Shown here piece by piece: positions 9,428 to 19,241 of a stretch of DNA of 64,000 nucleotides (position 1 is the first letter of the stretch; each line of letters starts with the position of its first letter). The translations under genes were made by a program, and so were the position numbers. Location of the stretch: assembly GCA_913049815.1 (NCBI GenBank), contig CAJWYI010000001.1, positions 9,700 to 73,699 on the forward strand. The letters are read 5' to 3'. The notes under the pieces are model-generated. The model was given only the letters and a program-made list of their open reading frames with translations, did no database searches and had not been told where the DNA came from. Source of the DNA: an uncultured Gammaproteobacteria bacterium (GTDB lineage: Bacteria > Pseudomonadota > Gammaproteobacteria > Pseudomonadales > Azotimanducaceae).

Positions 9428-11071
9428 ATGCGCGGCCGACATGTTTTTCTCGATAGCCTGCGCCTGCACGGTGTAACCAAAATTTTTGGCAATCCCGGTA
9501 CCACGGAAACCCCCATGCTGGACACGCTGATCGATTACCCGGACATCGATTACATCATGCACCTCCATGAGGGTGTGGCGGTGGGTGCTGCAAACCTCTA
9601 TGCACAGGCGTCCAATTCAACCGGAGTTGCGAATATGCACGTGGCACCGGGCCTGGGGAATGCCATCGGTATGATCTATGGCGGTTTGAAAAATTCTTCG
9701 CCCATGGTCATCACCGCGGGTGCGCAGGATACCCGAATCCGGCTTCGGGGACCGCTGCTGGGTCATGATCTCGTCGCAATGGCAAAGCCCGTCGTGAAAT
9801 GGAGTATCCAGGTAGAGCACGCAGACGAGATGGCAATGATTATGGCCCGGGCTTTCAAGATCGCGCATGAACACCCTCAGGGGCCAGTATTCGTCGCCTT
9901 GCCGATCAACGTTATGGAAGAGGATACGGAAAACGCAGCCTACCATGCCGGTAAGCTCAGCATGGAGGGTAACGCCAGTGATTCGCATCTTCAGCAAGTG
10001 GCAGAGCTGATCAATGCCGCGTCAAATCCCGTGATCGTAGCCGGGGATGATGTGGTACGCGACGAGGCAAGAGACACCCTCGTCGCGCTATCCGAGAAGG
10101 CTGGCATTGGCGTTCACCTGGAGCTGATTACGGCACGTTTTGCGTTTCCCTCTGACCACGACCACTTCCGTAACAAGCTCGGGCCGGACTACACAGCCAT
10201 CAACGGCTCATTGGGAGATCACGACGTGGTCATACTGATCGGAGGTGCGTTCTTTGAAGAGGTCTGGTACTCGCCAGACTCTCCTTTCGCAGACAACGCG
10301 CGGGTGATTCAGCTGGAATCCGGCCCGAGTCGCCTCGCCGAGAACATAGGGGTGGATATCGGTATCGCAGGGCAGCTTGCCGACAGTTTGTCCCGCCTCA
10401 CTTCACTCGTGAACGATGCGCCAGATCGTCGAGAGCTGCTCAGCCAACTGAAACGAGCTGAAAATGACGCGGCTGCAGAGAGAATTGCAGCGCTTCACGA
10501 TCGCGATCCGATGACCCCCTATCGTGCACTCACAGAAGTGGCGGCCGCCTTGCCCGATGATGCAGTAATTGCGGACGAGAGCATCACGGCGAGCACTGAC
10601 GTCATACGCAACTTCAAGCTGGGAAGTACCCACCTGTTCTACGGTGCTAAAGGTGGCGGCATCGGCCAGGGTGTCGCCGGAGCGCCAGGTGTTGCCGTCG
10701 CTCAGCCTAATCGGCCTGTTGTCTGTATCTCCGGTGACGGGTCGTCCATGTACAGCATTCAGGCTCTGTGGACCGCCGCGCATCACAAACTAAATATACT
10801 GTTCGTAATCCTATCGAACCGCGAATATCGCGTACTTAAGCACAATGTCGACCAATATCGCCGACGCTTCAACGCACAATCGAACAAGCCTTATCCACAT
10901 ATGGATCTGTCAGATCCGGTTATGTCTTTCACGTCAATGGCTGAAGGTATGGGTGTTCCAGGTGCACAGGTTAGTAAACCGGGGGAAATCGCTGGCGCGA
11001 TTGCCGATGCGCTCAACCAAGAAGGTCCCTTTATGCTCGATCTGGTGGTCGAAGGCCTGGAAACCCGCTAA
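9428..11071 (+). CDS. thiamine-diphosphate-dependent enzyme, benzoylformate decarboxylase-like
   Basis: The N-terminus (FGNPGTTE, HEGVAVGAA..YAQAS) resembles benzoylformate decarboxylase (BFD). ThDP-binding motif GDGSSMYSIQ...LSNREY is present. I prefer the ATG at 9428 (GGAGG 6 nt upstream) over the GTG at 9410 used by the track. Confidence 0.85.
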   Translation: MRGRHVFLDSLRLHGVTKIFGNPGTTETPMLDTLIDYPDIDYIMHLHEGVAVGAANLYAQASNSTGVANMHVAPGLGNAIGMIYGGLKNSSPMVITAGAQDTRIRLRGPLLGHDLVAMAKPVVKWSIQVEHADEMAMIMARAFKIAHEHPQGPVFVALPINVMEEDTENAAYHAGKLSMEGNASDSHLQQVAELINAASNPVIVAGDDVVRDEARDTLVALSEKAGIGVHLELITARFAFPSDHDHFRNKLGPDYTAINGSLGDHDVVILIGGAFFEEVWYSPDSPFADNARVIQLESGPSRLAENIGVDIGIAGQLADSLSRLTSLVNDAPDRRELLSQLKRAENDAAAERIAALHDRDPMTPYRALTEVAAALPDDAVIADESITASTDVIRNFKLGSTHLFYGAKGGGIGQGVAGAPGVAVAQPNRPVVCISGDGSSMYSIQALWTAAHHKLNILFVILSNREYRVLKHNVDQYRRRFNAQSNKPYPHMDLSDPVMSFTSMAEGMGVPGAQVSKPGEIAGAIADALNQEGPFMLDLVVEGLETR

Positions 11072-11880
11072 CGACCTCGCTGTATCTGATAACTGGCATA
11101 CGCTTCTGTGGCTTGACGTACCTGTTCTGACGACCAGGATTCAAATTCTTGACCCCAGCTAGAGGGCGCCGAAAAAGGCGGGTTGTCAATCCGCGTATAG
11201 TTGGTGATTAGCGCCCAACGAGGGAGATCACTCAGATTCGGTGCCGAGTGATGCAGCATGTTGGAGTGAAAAAATAGCACCGTGCCAGGGGACATCTCAC
11301 AGTACACCCGCTCACATCGTTCCATCAGCACCTTAACGCGTCTGGGATCCGCCGCTGTTTCGTACTCACTCTGATCGCCGAGCCGAGTATGGTTCACGCG
11401 ACCGAATTGATGAGAACCTCGTAGCACTTCAAGGCATCCGTTCTCTCGTGACGCCTCATCGATAGCGATCATGACACCACCCATGTCCGCACGTAGGTAG
11501 TGCTCGTAGTAGTATCCGTAGTCCTGATGCCACTCCCATGCACCGGGAGTTTTCGGTTCTTTCATCATCATCTTGTGATGAAAGTAGGTGACGGGACCAC
11601 CCAGAAACTGCGCCCACGGTGTCACCAACGCTTGATGGCGTGCGTACGCACTATAGATATCGTCTCTCAGCTTAGACCAGACAAACAGTTTCGTCGGGCG
11701 ACCATCGGCATCCAGTGAGGTATATGGATAGTTAAGCAGTATTTCTCTGTCTCTCCTGACGATCTCTGAAAACCGTTCCATTTCATCCAGAGGAAAATAA
11801 TCAGGAATCATCAGGAATCCATCTTCATGGAAATGATCTACTGCTGTTTGACCCAGCTGATACCCGGAAGACGATGACAT
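11068..11880 (-). CDS. phytanoyl-CoA dioxygenase (PhyH) family Fe(II)/2-oxoglutarate oxygenase
   Basis: H-x-D motif (WHQDYGY) and a distal His (FFHSNMLHHSAPN). I chose the ATG at 11880, giving 270 aa (typical family size) and a divergent spacer before 12028. The track ORF extends to 12045. Confidence 0.75.
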   Translation of the reverse strand: MSSSSGYQLGQTAVDHFHEDGFLMIPDYFPLDEMERFSEIVRRDREILLNYPYTSLDADGRPTKLFVWSKLRDDIYSAYARHQALVTPWAQFLGGPVTYFHHKMMMKEPKTPGAWEWHQDYGYYYEHYLRADMGGVMIAIDEASRENGCLEVLRGSHQFGRVNHTRLGDQSEYETAADPRRVKVLMERCERVYCEMSPGTVLFFHSNMLHHSAPNLSDLPRWALITNYTRIDNPPFSAPSSWGQEFESWSSEQVRQATEAYASYQIQRGR

Positions 11881-12027
11881 GCTTGCACGTGCTGACAGGG
11901 AGTTGGAAAAATACCACGTGCAAAGCTTGGATACGACTGGTCTAAGGCCATAATAGTCTCGAAGCTCACGACAACCCCCTTCACGTCGTGCCATAGTATT
12001 CATTCGAACCTCCACAACAGGATTACC

Positions 12028-13545
12028 GTGTACCGAACCGGACAATGCTTACTCAATCCATGTGTCGTACTCCCATTAGCGCTCGCGTGCTGCCCGGTAA
12101 CGATCGCGGCGTCGAGCGTCCCAACCCACCCTGTCACCACAACCAGCGGCGTCCTCACTGGCATCGTGGATGAGGAAGGCATCCAGAGTTTCAAGGGCAT
12201 CCGATATGCCCGATCCCCGACTGGTCGGCATCGATGGCAACCGCCTAGACCCTTTCGCTCACAACGACCGTTGTCCGCCACTTCCTATGGTCCACGTTGT
12301 TTACAAGCGACGAGACAGCCCGCTACCGACCTGAGCGAAGATTGCCTGTTTCTGAATGTATGGACACCCTCGCCTCAGGGTAGCCTGCCCGTCATGGTGA
12401 ACATTCACGGAGGGGGTTTCCGCGCAGGTTCCGGGAACGCCTCCTCGCACCTTGCCAGGGAAGACGTCGTTTACGTGACCATGAACTACCGTCTCGGTCC
12501 TCTGGGTTTCTTCGCACACGATGCGTTGAAGCAACAAGAGGCCAACTTCGGATTGCTCGATATCATGCTGGCACTTCGCTGGGTCCAGGACAACATTGCC
12601 GCGTTCGGTGGAGACCGCCGCAAGGTGACTATATTTGGTGTGTCGGCGGGCGGCATGGCTGTTAATCTGCTGATGGCGAATCCTGCTTCCACAGACCTTT
12701 TTCGTGGTGCGATCTCGCAAAGCGGCTATGCAACCTGGGCATTACCCCGCTCTCGGCACGCCCCACCGTCCGATGTTCGGAATATGTATCTGGCACCTGC
12801 TGCGAAGGCGGAAACTCTGGGTCGTAATCTGATCGCCTCAATCACTGATGAAAATCATACTGCACAGATCCTGCGACGACTGGATGGCGAAGGACTGGTG
12901 AACGCTTTGCGGGGGTTTCAGTTACCCATTGTTGATGGCCGGTCGGTGCCCGAAGAACCGGGGATCCAATTTATGTCGGGACACCAACAACCTGTGCCGT
13001 ATATCAGTGGAGGAAACAGCTTTGAAGGTTCGGTGATGCCAGCTTCCGGCATCTCTCCAGAAGACTACCAACTATACTGGGGGGCGATGTTCGAGTCCAC
13101 AGCCCGACTCTACAAGGATGATTTCAATATCGAGAGCGTTCAGGGTATTCGCCGAATGTTCGGCGATCATCGCTACCTATTGTCCGCTCACGTTCTGACG
13201 AACGCGATGGCAAAGATCAATGTGCCTTCTTGGCGTTACTACATTGATCACGCCGATGAAGACAAACCGGGCACCAACCATGGTATGGACGGGTACTACC
13301 TACTATCCGGCCATCGACTACCCTCGGGTCCGACACGTGACATGGCTTTGCGGCTACGACAGCATTGGTTGTTATTCGCCAAAACCGGTGCACCCGGAGC
13401 CACCTGGCCCACCTCGGACCAACAAGGCCACTGGTACATCTTCGACAAAACTGATCACATCGGGGACGTGCTTACGGCGAAATTGGACCTAATGGTAGAC
13501 CATTACTTAAAACGAACGGCCGTTCAGGCGCCAGCGGCTCCCTGA
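12028..13545 (+). CDS. type-B carboxylesterase/lipase family protein, probably secreted
   Basis: Oxyanion HGGGF and nucleophile elbow G-x-S-x-G (FGVSAGG). GTG start with a hydrophobic N-terminal segment. Confidence 0.85.
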   Translation: MYRTGQCLLNPCVVLPLALACCPVTIAASSVPTHPVTTTSGVLTGIVDEEGIQSFKGIRYARSPTGRHRWQPPRPFRSQRPLSATSYGPRCLQATRQPATDLSEDCLFLNVWTPSPQGSLPVMVNIHGGGFRAGSGNASSHLAREDVVYVTMNYRLGPLGFFAHDALKQQEANFGLLDIMLALRWVQDNIAAFGGDRRKVTIFGVSAGGMAVNLLMANPASTDLFRGAISQSGYATWALPRSRHAPPSDVRNMYLAPAAKAETLGRNLIASITDENHTAQILRRLDGEGLVNALRGFQLPIVDGRSVPEEPGIQFMSGHQQPVPYISGGNSFEGSVMPASGISPEDYQLYWGAMFESTARLYKDDFNIESVQGIRRMFGDHRYLLSAHVLTNAMAKINVPSWRYYIDHADEDKPGTNHGMDGYYLLSGHRLPSGPTRDMALRLRQHWLLFAKTGAPGATWPTSDQQGHWYIFDKTDHIGDVLTAKLDLMVDHYLKRTAVQAPAAP

Positions 13546-13567
13546 GGTTCGTGCGTCCATCAATTTA

Positions 13568-15088
13568 TCAAGCAAAAACCCGCCGGAGGTGCGCGTCAGA
13601 CGGTATGCGCGTTGACGTAGCTTTTGACACCACAAGGTAAATCAGTGATGACAGGAAAAATGCCGGAATGATCTCGTGAAAATCTGAGAGAGCCTCGTAC
13701 TCAAAACGAAAAAGAAATCGCCAAACAAGACAGCCCGCAATACCGGCAATCATTGAGGCCAGCGCGCCGAGATCAGTGCCCCACCTCAGGTACAAACCGC
13801 CAAAAATCGCAGGGAAAAAGCTGGCGGCGAAGACGGCGCCAGAAAACGCCGTCATTTCTACAATTCCTGCAGGTGGATAGAGAGTTACACCGTAAAGCAG
13901 GACACAGTAGGCAGCCATCGTCCAGCGCGTGTAATTTACCACCTTCACCTCAGGGACATCGCTGACCACATCCCACATGTCTTTCACAAACGCCGTGCCG
14001 ACAATCAACATCACAGACGCGAGCGAAGACATACCCGCCGCAAACAGTCCGGCCACACAGACTCCACTGATGATTGGATTGTCAAACTTCGCCAGCATAA
14101 AGCCCACCACCTCATCGGTATTGTTGATGAGGTAAGCCGCTTCTTCTTCGGTGGCCATCCCATGAACAAGCGCACCAAGTCCCATGACGCAGATCAAAGA
14201 GATACCCAGAAAAACCGGAGTCCAGATCATGGCAAACTTCATACTGCGGGCGTTGTCGATGGAGTAGAAGCGAATCAGGCAACGGGGCTCGGCGATCTGT
14301 TTCATACCGACCGCAAGACCAATCCCAAGAATATAGAAAAACGAGACCAACGCACCGAAGGTAACCAGCCCATTACCCATCGGCTCTCCCGACTTGGCAA
14401 TATGTGAGGTTTCGTTGATTTTTAGCATCAGCTCATCCACACCACCAACAAAGATGAAGGGCAGCGTTACCATGATGATGGCCACCGCAAACATCATGAT
14501 GCCCTGCACCGCATCGGTCCAGAGTACGCTGTACATGCCGCCAAACACCGTATAAGCACAGGTTACGAATACGACTGCCGCGGTACCCGCCGCATAGGGA
14601 ATGCCCAACACAGACGTGATGACATGACCGAGACCTTTGGTAATCCCGACCATGTACCAAAGTGTTGCAAACAAAATCACAATGGCGCTCAGCAAACGGA
14701 TGGCCCGCGCGAAGTCACTGTTGTATCTGAAGTAGAAGTAGTCTGGAATCGTCAGCGATCCCAATCGGGCGGTCTGTTGTCGCATGCGCGGCCCAAGAAC
14801 CAGCCATGAGATGACACAAAAAAATGCCCAAAACAAGCCAACCCATGCCCATGAGAGACCAAACTGAAACGACTTTCCAGCCTGACCAATATAGGTATTC
14901 GTACTGGCAAACGTTGAAAAAAACGCAAGCGAGACGACCCAACCGGGAATTTCACGCCTAGCGACATAGAATGACTCCACACCTTCCTCTGCCCGGGCCC
15001 GGAAATACCATCCAACCCACAAGCAAAAAACCAGATAGATAAAGGTGAGCAGCAGCACGATCCAGTGCTGGGCGAGATACTCAATCAT
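13568..15088 (-). CDS. sodium:solute symporter (SSF) family transporter
   Basis: Polytopic ORF with SSF-like sequence throughout. Start set at MIEYLAQHW (15088) because it overlaps the stop of the small upstream ORF. The track ORF runs to 15145. Confidence 0.8.
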   Translation of the reverse strand: MIEYLAQHWIVLLLTFIYLVFCLWVGWYFRARAEEGVESFYVARREIPGWVVSLAFFSTFASTNTYIGQAGKSFQFGLSWAWVGLFWAFFCVISWLVLGPRMRQQTARLGSLTIPDYFYFRYNSDFARAIRLLSAIVILFATLWYMVGITKGLGHVITSVLGIPYAAGTAAVVFVTCAYTVFGGMYSVLWTDAVQGIMMFAVAIIMVTLPFIFVGGVDELMLKINETSHIAKSGEPMGNGLVTFGALVSFFYILGIGLAVGMKQIAEPRCLIRFYSIDNARSMKFAMIWTPVFLGISLICVMGLGALVHGMATEEEAAYLINNTDEVVGFMLAKFDNPIISGVCVAGLFAAGMSSLASVMLIVGTAFVKDMWDVVSDVPEVKVVNYTRWTMAAYCVLLYGVTLYPPAGIVEMTAFSGAVFAASFFPAIFGGLYLRWGTDLGALASMIAGIAGCLVWRFLFRFEYEALSDFHEIIPAFFLSSLIYLVVSKATSTRIPSDAHLRRVFA

Positions 15089-15191
15089 CTGACTCGTCAT
15101 CCAGGGTAACGTCCATTCTTGAGACGATGACCGTGTTAACAGCAATAATCAGAAGAATGCCCCAGTAAGGCAGGCTCGTCATGAAATCCAT
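15081..15191 (-). CDS. 36-aa single-TM membrane peptide, translationally coupled to the SSF transporter
   Basis: Not in the ORF track (under 60 aa). Sequence MDFMTSLPYWGILLIIAVNTVIVSRMDVTLDDESDD. GGGAG SD 6-7 nt upstream. Its stop overlaps the symporter ATG by 8 nt. Confidence 0.45.
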   Translation of the reverse strand: MDFMTSLPYWGILLIIAVNTVIVSRMDVTLDDESDD

Positions 15192-15231
15192 CGCTACTCC
15201 CTCTAAGCCAAACAGGGCGCCTCATCGCGCG

Positions 15232-17259
15232 CTAGTCGATTTTCTCGCCACCCAAAGGACTGGGTTGTTCAGGTTCTGCCGGGTCGGCATGAAGGCTCTC
15301 TTCATCAGCTTCATCCCAGCCCGTCTCCGTGATAGCTACAACCCGATCGACATCACTCAAGGTCGTCTCACCAGAAAGTTCCTTGGCGATCTCAGCATCC
15401 TGAAACTGCAATTCGTGGAGCGTGTAGTAGATACCCTTCTTCGCCAGCAACTCTTCGTGCGTACCGTGCTCATGAACAACCCCATGGTGCAACACCAGAA
15501 TTCGGTCACATTCTCGAATCGTCTGTAGACGATGAGCGATCATGATCGATGTTCGCCCCTCAGTGAGCTTGTGCAGCGCGTCCTGAATAACCAGCTCTGT
15601 CGCGGTATCAATGCTAGCGGTCGCTTCATCCAGAACTAGTATCTCCGGGTCCGCGGCAAGAACACGAGCAAATGCCAGTAATTGTCGTTGCCCCTGTGAA
15701 AGCGACTTACCTCGCTCACCAAGTTCCGCATCATAGCCGGCTGGTAACTGTTGAATAAATCGGTGGGCATTCACCACGCGAGCGGCCCATTCCGCACGCT
15801 CGTCGGTGATGTCAGGGTTACCCAGAGTGATGTTGTCCCTTACAGTGCCAGAGAAAATGTGGAAATCCTGAAGCACCACTCCGACACGTCGATGTAGTTC
15901 GTGGCTGTTGATCTGATTCACATCGACGCCATCGAGAAAAATCATGTCGTCTCGGAAGTCGTAGAAACGCATCAACAACCGAATGATGGTGCTTTTGCCT
16001 GATCCAGTGGGACCCACAATTGCGAGTTTCTCCCCCGGTTCGATACGGAAAGAAACATCCTTCAAAATGGGATCATCCGCGTAGTAACCAAAATCGACAT
16101 GGCGAAATTCAACCTCTCCAGCGAGTCGCTCCGGTAATTGGGCAGGCTCTTTGGGCTCGTGGATGGACTCTTCCCAATCAATCGCTTGAAAAATGCGTTC
16201 CCCAGATGCCATCGACCGGAACAATACGTTGAACTGCTGCCCAAGCATCACAACAGGTTGCACCATAAGGTTGATCAAATGCGTAAACAGGACCAGAGCG
16301 CCCAGGGAAATAGACTCCTGAACAACGGAGCCACCGCCGTACCAGACGATGCCTGCAGTAGCCATACTCGCCAACGAGTTGTTGAAGTTCTCGTACAACA
16401 CCTCGTAATTGATGGCGCGGAATTCCTGGTGACGGTTTTCTTTGTTGCGTTCACCGTACTGGTCGATATTCAGCGCTTCCCTGCCTGACAGCTGTACAAC
16501 ATCAATACCCGAAAGATCTTCCTGCATGTACTGATTGAGTGATGACACAGAATCACGAATTAGACGAAAGATGCGTGACATGACCATTCGGAAGGCATAG
16601 GTCCCAACAGCAGCGACAGGGAGCGTTATCGCAACGACCATTGTCAGTTCAATGCTGATATGCAACATCAGAAATAATGCCAGGAAAAACGGTACGAATT
16701 CCCCCATCAACATGCCGAACCCGGTCAACAGTGCAAACAAATTTTCAACGTCATTGCTGACACGCGTCATCACGCGACCCACCGCGACGTGATCGTAGAA
16801 GGCAATCGGCTTGTTTTGAAGACTCGCGAACAGGTCCATACGAAGATCCCGAAGGGCCTTCAGAGCACTGCTGACGAGCGTCAGCTGATGTAGAAACATC
16901 AAGAATGCATGGCCTATGTGCATCACGATGTAGATAACACCTGCAGCAACGAGCAGATCCACGGACCATGCGTCAGCGAGCCAATGCGTGAGATCAACCA
17001 GACCATAGTCCGGCAGATCGTCGCTGGCTGCACTAGGTAGCAGTACCGTATCGATCAGTACCCGTCCTGTCACCACCGGCAACAATACGGACGTGGTTGC
17101 TCCCAGCAACACAAGTGCGATGCTGACCCCAAGGGTGATCCGGTAGGGGTGCATCCATTTCAGCAACCGGCCAAACAGACGAATATTGAGCGCCTGATGC
17201 GTCAGCTCGACATCGAATGCGGAATAATCACGCGGCGACTGGTTCGCTTGTCCACTCAC
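15232..17259 (-). CDS. ABC exporter, fused permease/ATPase (MdlB-like half-transporter)
   Basis: N-terminal 6-TM domain, Walker A GPTGSGKST, signature LSQGQRQL, Walker B ILVLDEAT. GTG start in a GTGA overlap with the upstream gene. Confidence 0.9.
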   Translation of the reverse strand: MSGQANQSPRDYSAFDVELTHQALNIRLFGRLLKWMHPYRITLGVSIALVLLGATTSVLLPVVTGRVLIDTVLLPSAASDDLPDYGLVDLTHWLADAWSVDLLVAAGVIYIVMHIGHAFLMFLHQLTLVSSALKALRDLRMDLFASLQNKPIAFYDHVAVGRVMTRVSNDVENLFALLTGFGMLMGEFVPFFLALFLMLHISIELTMVVAITLPVAAVGTYAFRMVMSRIFRLIRDSVSSLNQYMQEDLSGIDVVQLSGREALNIDQYGERNKENRHQEFRAINYEVLYENFNNSLASMATAGIVWYGGGSVVQESISLGALVLFTHLINLMVQPVVMLGQQFNVLFRSMASGERIFQAIDWEESIHEPKEPAQLPERLAGEVEFRHVDFGYYADDPILKDVSFRIEPGEKLAIVGPTGSGKSTIIRLLMRFYDFRDDMIFLDGVDVNQINSHELHRRVGVVLQDFHIFSGTVRDNITLGNPDITDERAEWAARVVNAHRFIQQLPAGYDAELGERGKSLSQGQRQLLAFARVLAADPEILVLDEATASIDTATELVIQDALHKLTEGRTSIMIAHRLQTIRECDRILVLHHGVVHEHGTHEELLAKKGIYYTLHELQFQDAEIAKELSGETTLSDVDRVVAITETGWDEADEESLHADPAEPEQPSPLGGEKID

Positions 17260-19091
17260 GCCACTACCTCTCTACCTTCATCCTCGAGGTCATGCAACAG
17301 ACGTGTTTTACGCTCGTGATCGGTGTCCTGATCACTTTGAATCGCAGCGAGATCCGAGTAGTACCCACCCAGTTCCATCAGTTCATCGTGGGTTCCCGAT
17401 TCACTGATATGGCCATTGTCGACAATATAGATCCTATCGGCGTGTCGAGCCGTTGAGACGCGATGCGAGATCAACACAGTCGTCTTATTAGAGCGCAGAC
17501 GCGCAAGGCCGGAGAGAATACGTTCTTCCGTCTCGGTATCGACGGCTGAAAAACAATCATCAAGCAATAAAAGTGGCGACTGACGAACCATACCCCTCGC
17601 CAACGTAGAACGTTGCTTCTGCCCACCGGACAGAGTCTGACCACGCTCACCGACCATGGTCTCCATTCCATCAGGAAACTCACGGATACTACCTGCAACA
17701 CCAGCAGCTTCTGCCGCATCCCAGAGCTGAGCCTCATCACGCCCGGGCAAATCGTAGGTCAGATTCTCCCGAAGGGTTGTCGAAAACAAAAACGGATCCT
17801 GCGGTACCAGTGTCGCTAGTTTTCGCAGGTCAGTCAGAGGAATATCACAAACATCGTGGCCATCGATATAAACCGTATCTCGTGGTGTATTAACGAGCCT
17901 AACCACCGCGCGCAAGATCGTGGACTTACCAGCGCCAACCCGTCCCAGGATGGCGACTGTCTGGCCGGCTTTCACTTCAATATCAACATTTTCAATCGTT
18001 GGTCTGGCCGCTCCCGGATGCCAGAACGACAGCCCTTTGATCGTGAGATCACCTCTCAGGTTCTCAGGTTGCGCAGCCTTATCGCCATCCTTCACTTCAG
18101 GTTCCGTATCCAGCACTTCGAAGATCCGCTGAGTACCAGCAGCAGCTCCTGTAAACATTGAGAGGGTCATGCCGATATGTCGAATCGGCCAGATCACCAT
18201 CCACATATACGCGGCAAATGCCGTATACGTACCAATGGTAATTTCGCCTCGCAGTGCAAGCGCCCCACCATATAAGAAAAGTACCGCCGGCGCCGCGGAA
18301 CTCAGAACCGGCATAATCAGGGCAATCCATGCATTGAACCTGCTCGCCCGGTAGACCTTCTTGACATAGTTGGTAGACACCGCATGGAAGCGGTCAACTT
18401 CCTTCTCTTCCTGAGACATGGCTTTGATCGTCCGAATTCCATTCAGGTTTTCCTGCGTAAAATTGGTGACTTCTGCCATGGCCTCCTGCTGGTCCCGATA
18501 GTATGGAAACATCATGCGTGCCATGATGAAGCCCACGACCGCGACAACCGGCAACGGAATGATGACCCATCGCGCCAGCTCCGATGAGAGATCAAACATG
18601 AAGTAGAGCCCCGCCGAGATCGTAAACACAAACAAAATCATGTCGACCCAGCCAAACGACACCACCATGCGCACCATATTGATGTCGTTAATAGTCCGAG
18701 ACATCAGGTCACCGGTACTAAAACGGTTGAAGAACGTGGGCCCCTGATACTGGATGTGACTAAACATGCGCTTGCGAAGATCGTACGCCACACCGATCGA
18801 CACCCGTCGCATAATCCGCCGGGAGAAGACGAAGATAATGAAGCGAAACACGACGATCACAAGAATCCCGATCGCCGGCCAGGTGTAGTTGGGTTCAATC
18901 GCGTCATCAGCCAGGCTATCGATCGCGGTTTTCATCATCAACGGCACAATCGCATCCAGGATACGCGTGAGCAGTAATCCGAAGATCGCTGCCACCAGCA
19001 CCCACGCATAATGATTGAAATACGTACCGAGCCGGGCGAGGTGACCCAGTTGTTTGAACGACGAACGTTCCCGTTTTTGATAATGATCCAT
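17256..19091 (-). CDS. ABC exporter, fused permease/ATPase (MdlA-like half-transporter)
   Basis: TM domain plus Walker A GRVGAGKST, signature LSGGQKQR, Walker B LLLDDCFS. Forms a pair with 15232..17259. Confidence 0.9.
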   Translation of the reverse strand: MDHYQKRERSSFKQLGHLARLGTYFNHYAWVLVAAIFGLLLTRILDAIVPLMMKTAIDSLADDAIEPNYTWPAIGILVIVVFRFIIFVFSRRIMRRVSIGVAYDLRKRMFSHIQYQGPTFFNRFSTGDLMSRTINDINMVRMVVSFGWVDMILFVFTISAGLYFMFDLSSELARWVIIPLPVVAVVGFIMARMMFPYYRDQQEAMAEVTNFTQENLNGIRTIKAMSQEEKEVDRFHAVSTNYVKKVYRASRFNAWIALIMPVLSSAAPAVLFLYGGALALRGEITIGTYTAFAAYMWMVIWPIRHIGMTLSMFTGAAAGTQRIFEVLDTEPEVKDGDKAAQPENLRGDLTIKGLSFWHPGAARPTIENVDIEVKAGQTVAILGRVGAGKSTILRAVVRLVNTPRDTVYIDGHDVCDIPLTDLRKLATLVPQDPFLFSTTLRENLTYDLPGRDEAQLWDAAEAAGVAGSIREFPDGMETMVGERGQTLSGGQKQRSTLARGMVRQSPLLLLDDCFSAVDTETEERILSGLARLRSNKTTVLISHRVSTARHADRIYIVDNGHISESGTHDELMELGGYYSDLAAIQSDQDTDHERKTRLLHDLEDEGREVVA

Positions 19092-19148
19092 GTGTTCCTG
19101 CCTGCCAGGTCCCCCGGATGGCAGCTAGTACTTGAAAGGAGCCAAATG

Positions 19149-19190
19149 AAAAATGCCGCGTACAGATTTCAAAATCTGCAGCGCGGCATT
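19149..19190 (-). terminator. rho-independent terminator downstream of the aldolase gene
   Basis: On the minus strand: ATGCCGCG-ctg-CAGATT-ttga-AATCTG-ta-CGCGGCAT followed by TTTTT, about 50 nt after the stop at 19242. Confidence 0.55.
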
Positions 19191-19241
19191 ATATCGAGTC
19201 ATGCAACAGACGGCACTCCGTCCTTCGATCGATTTCAGAAG

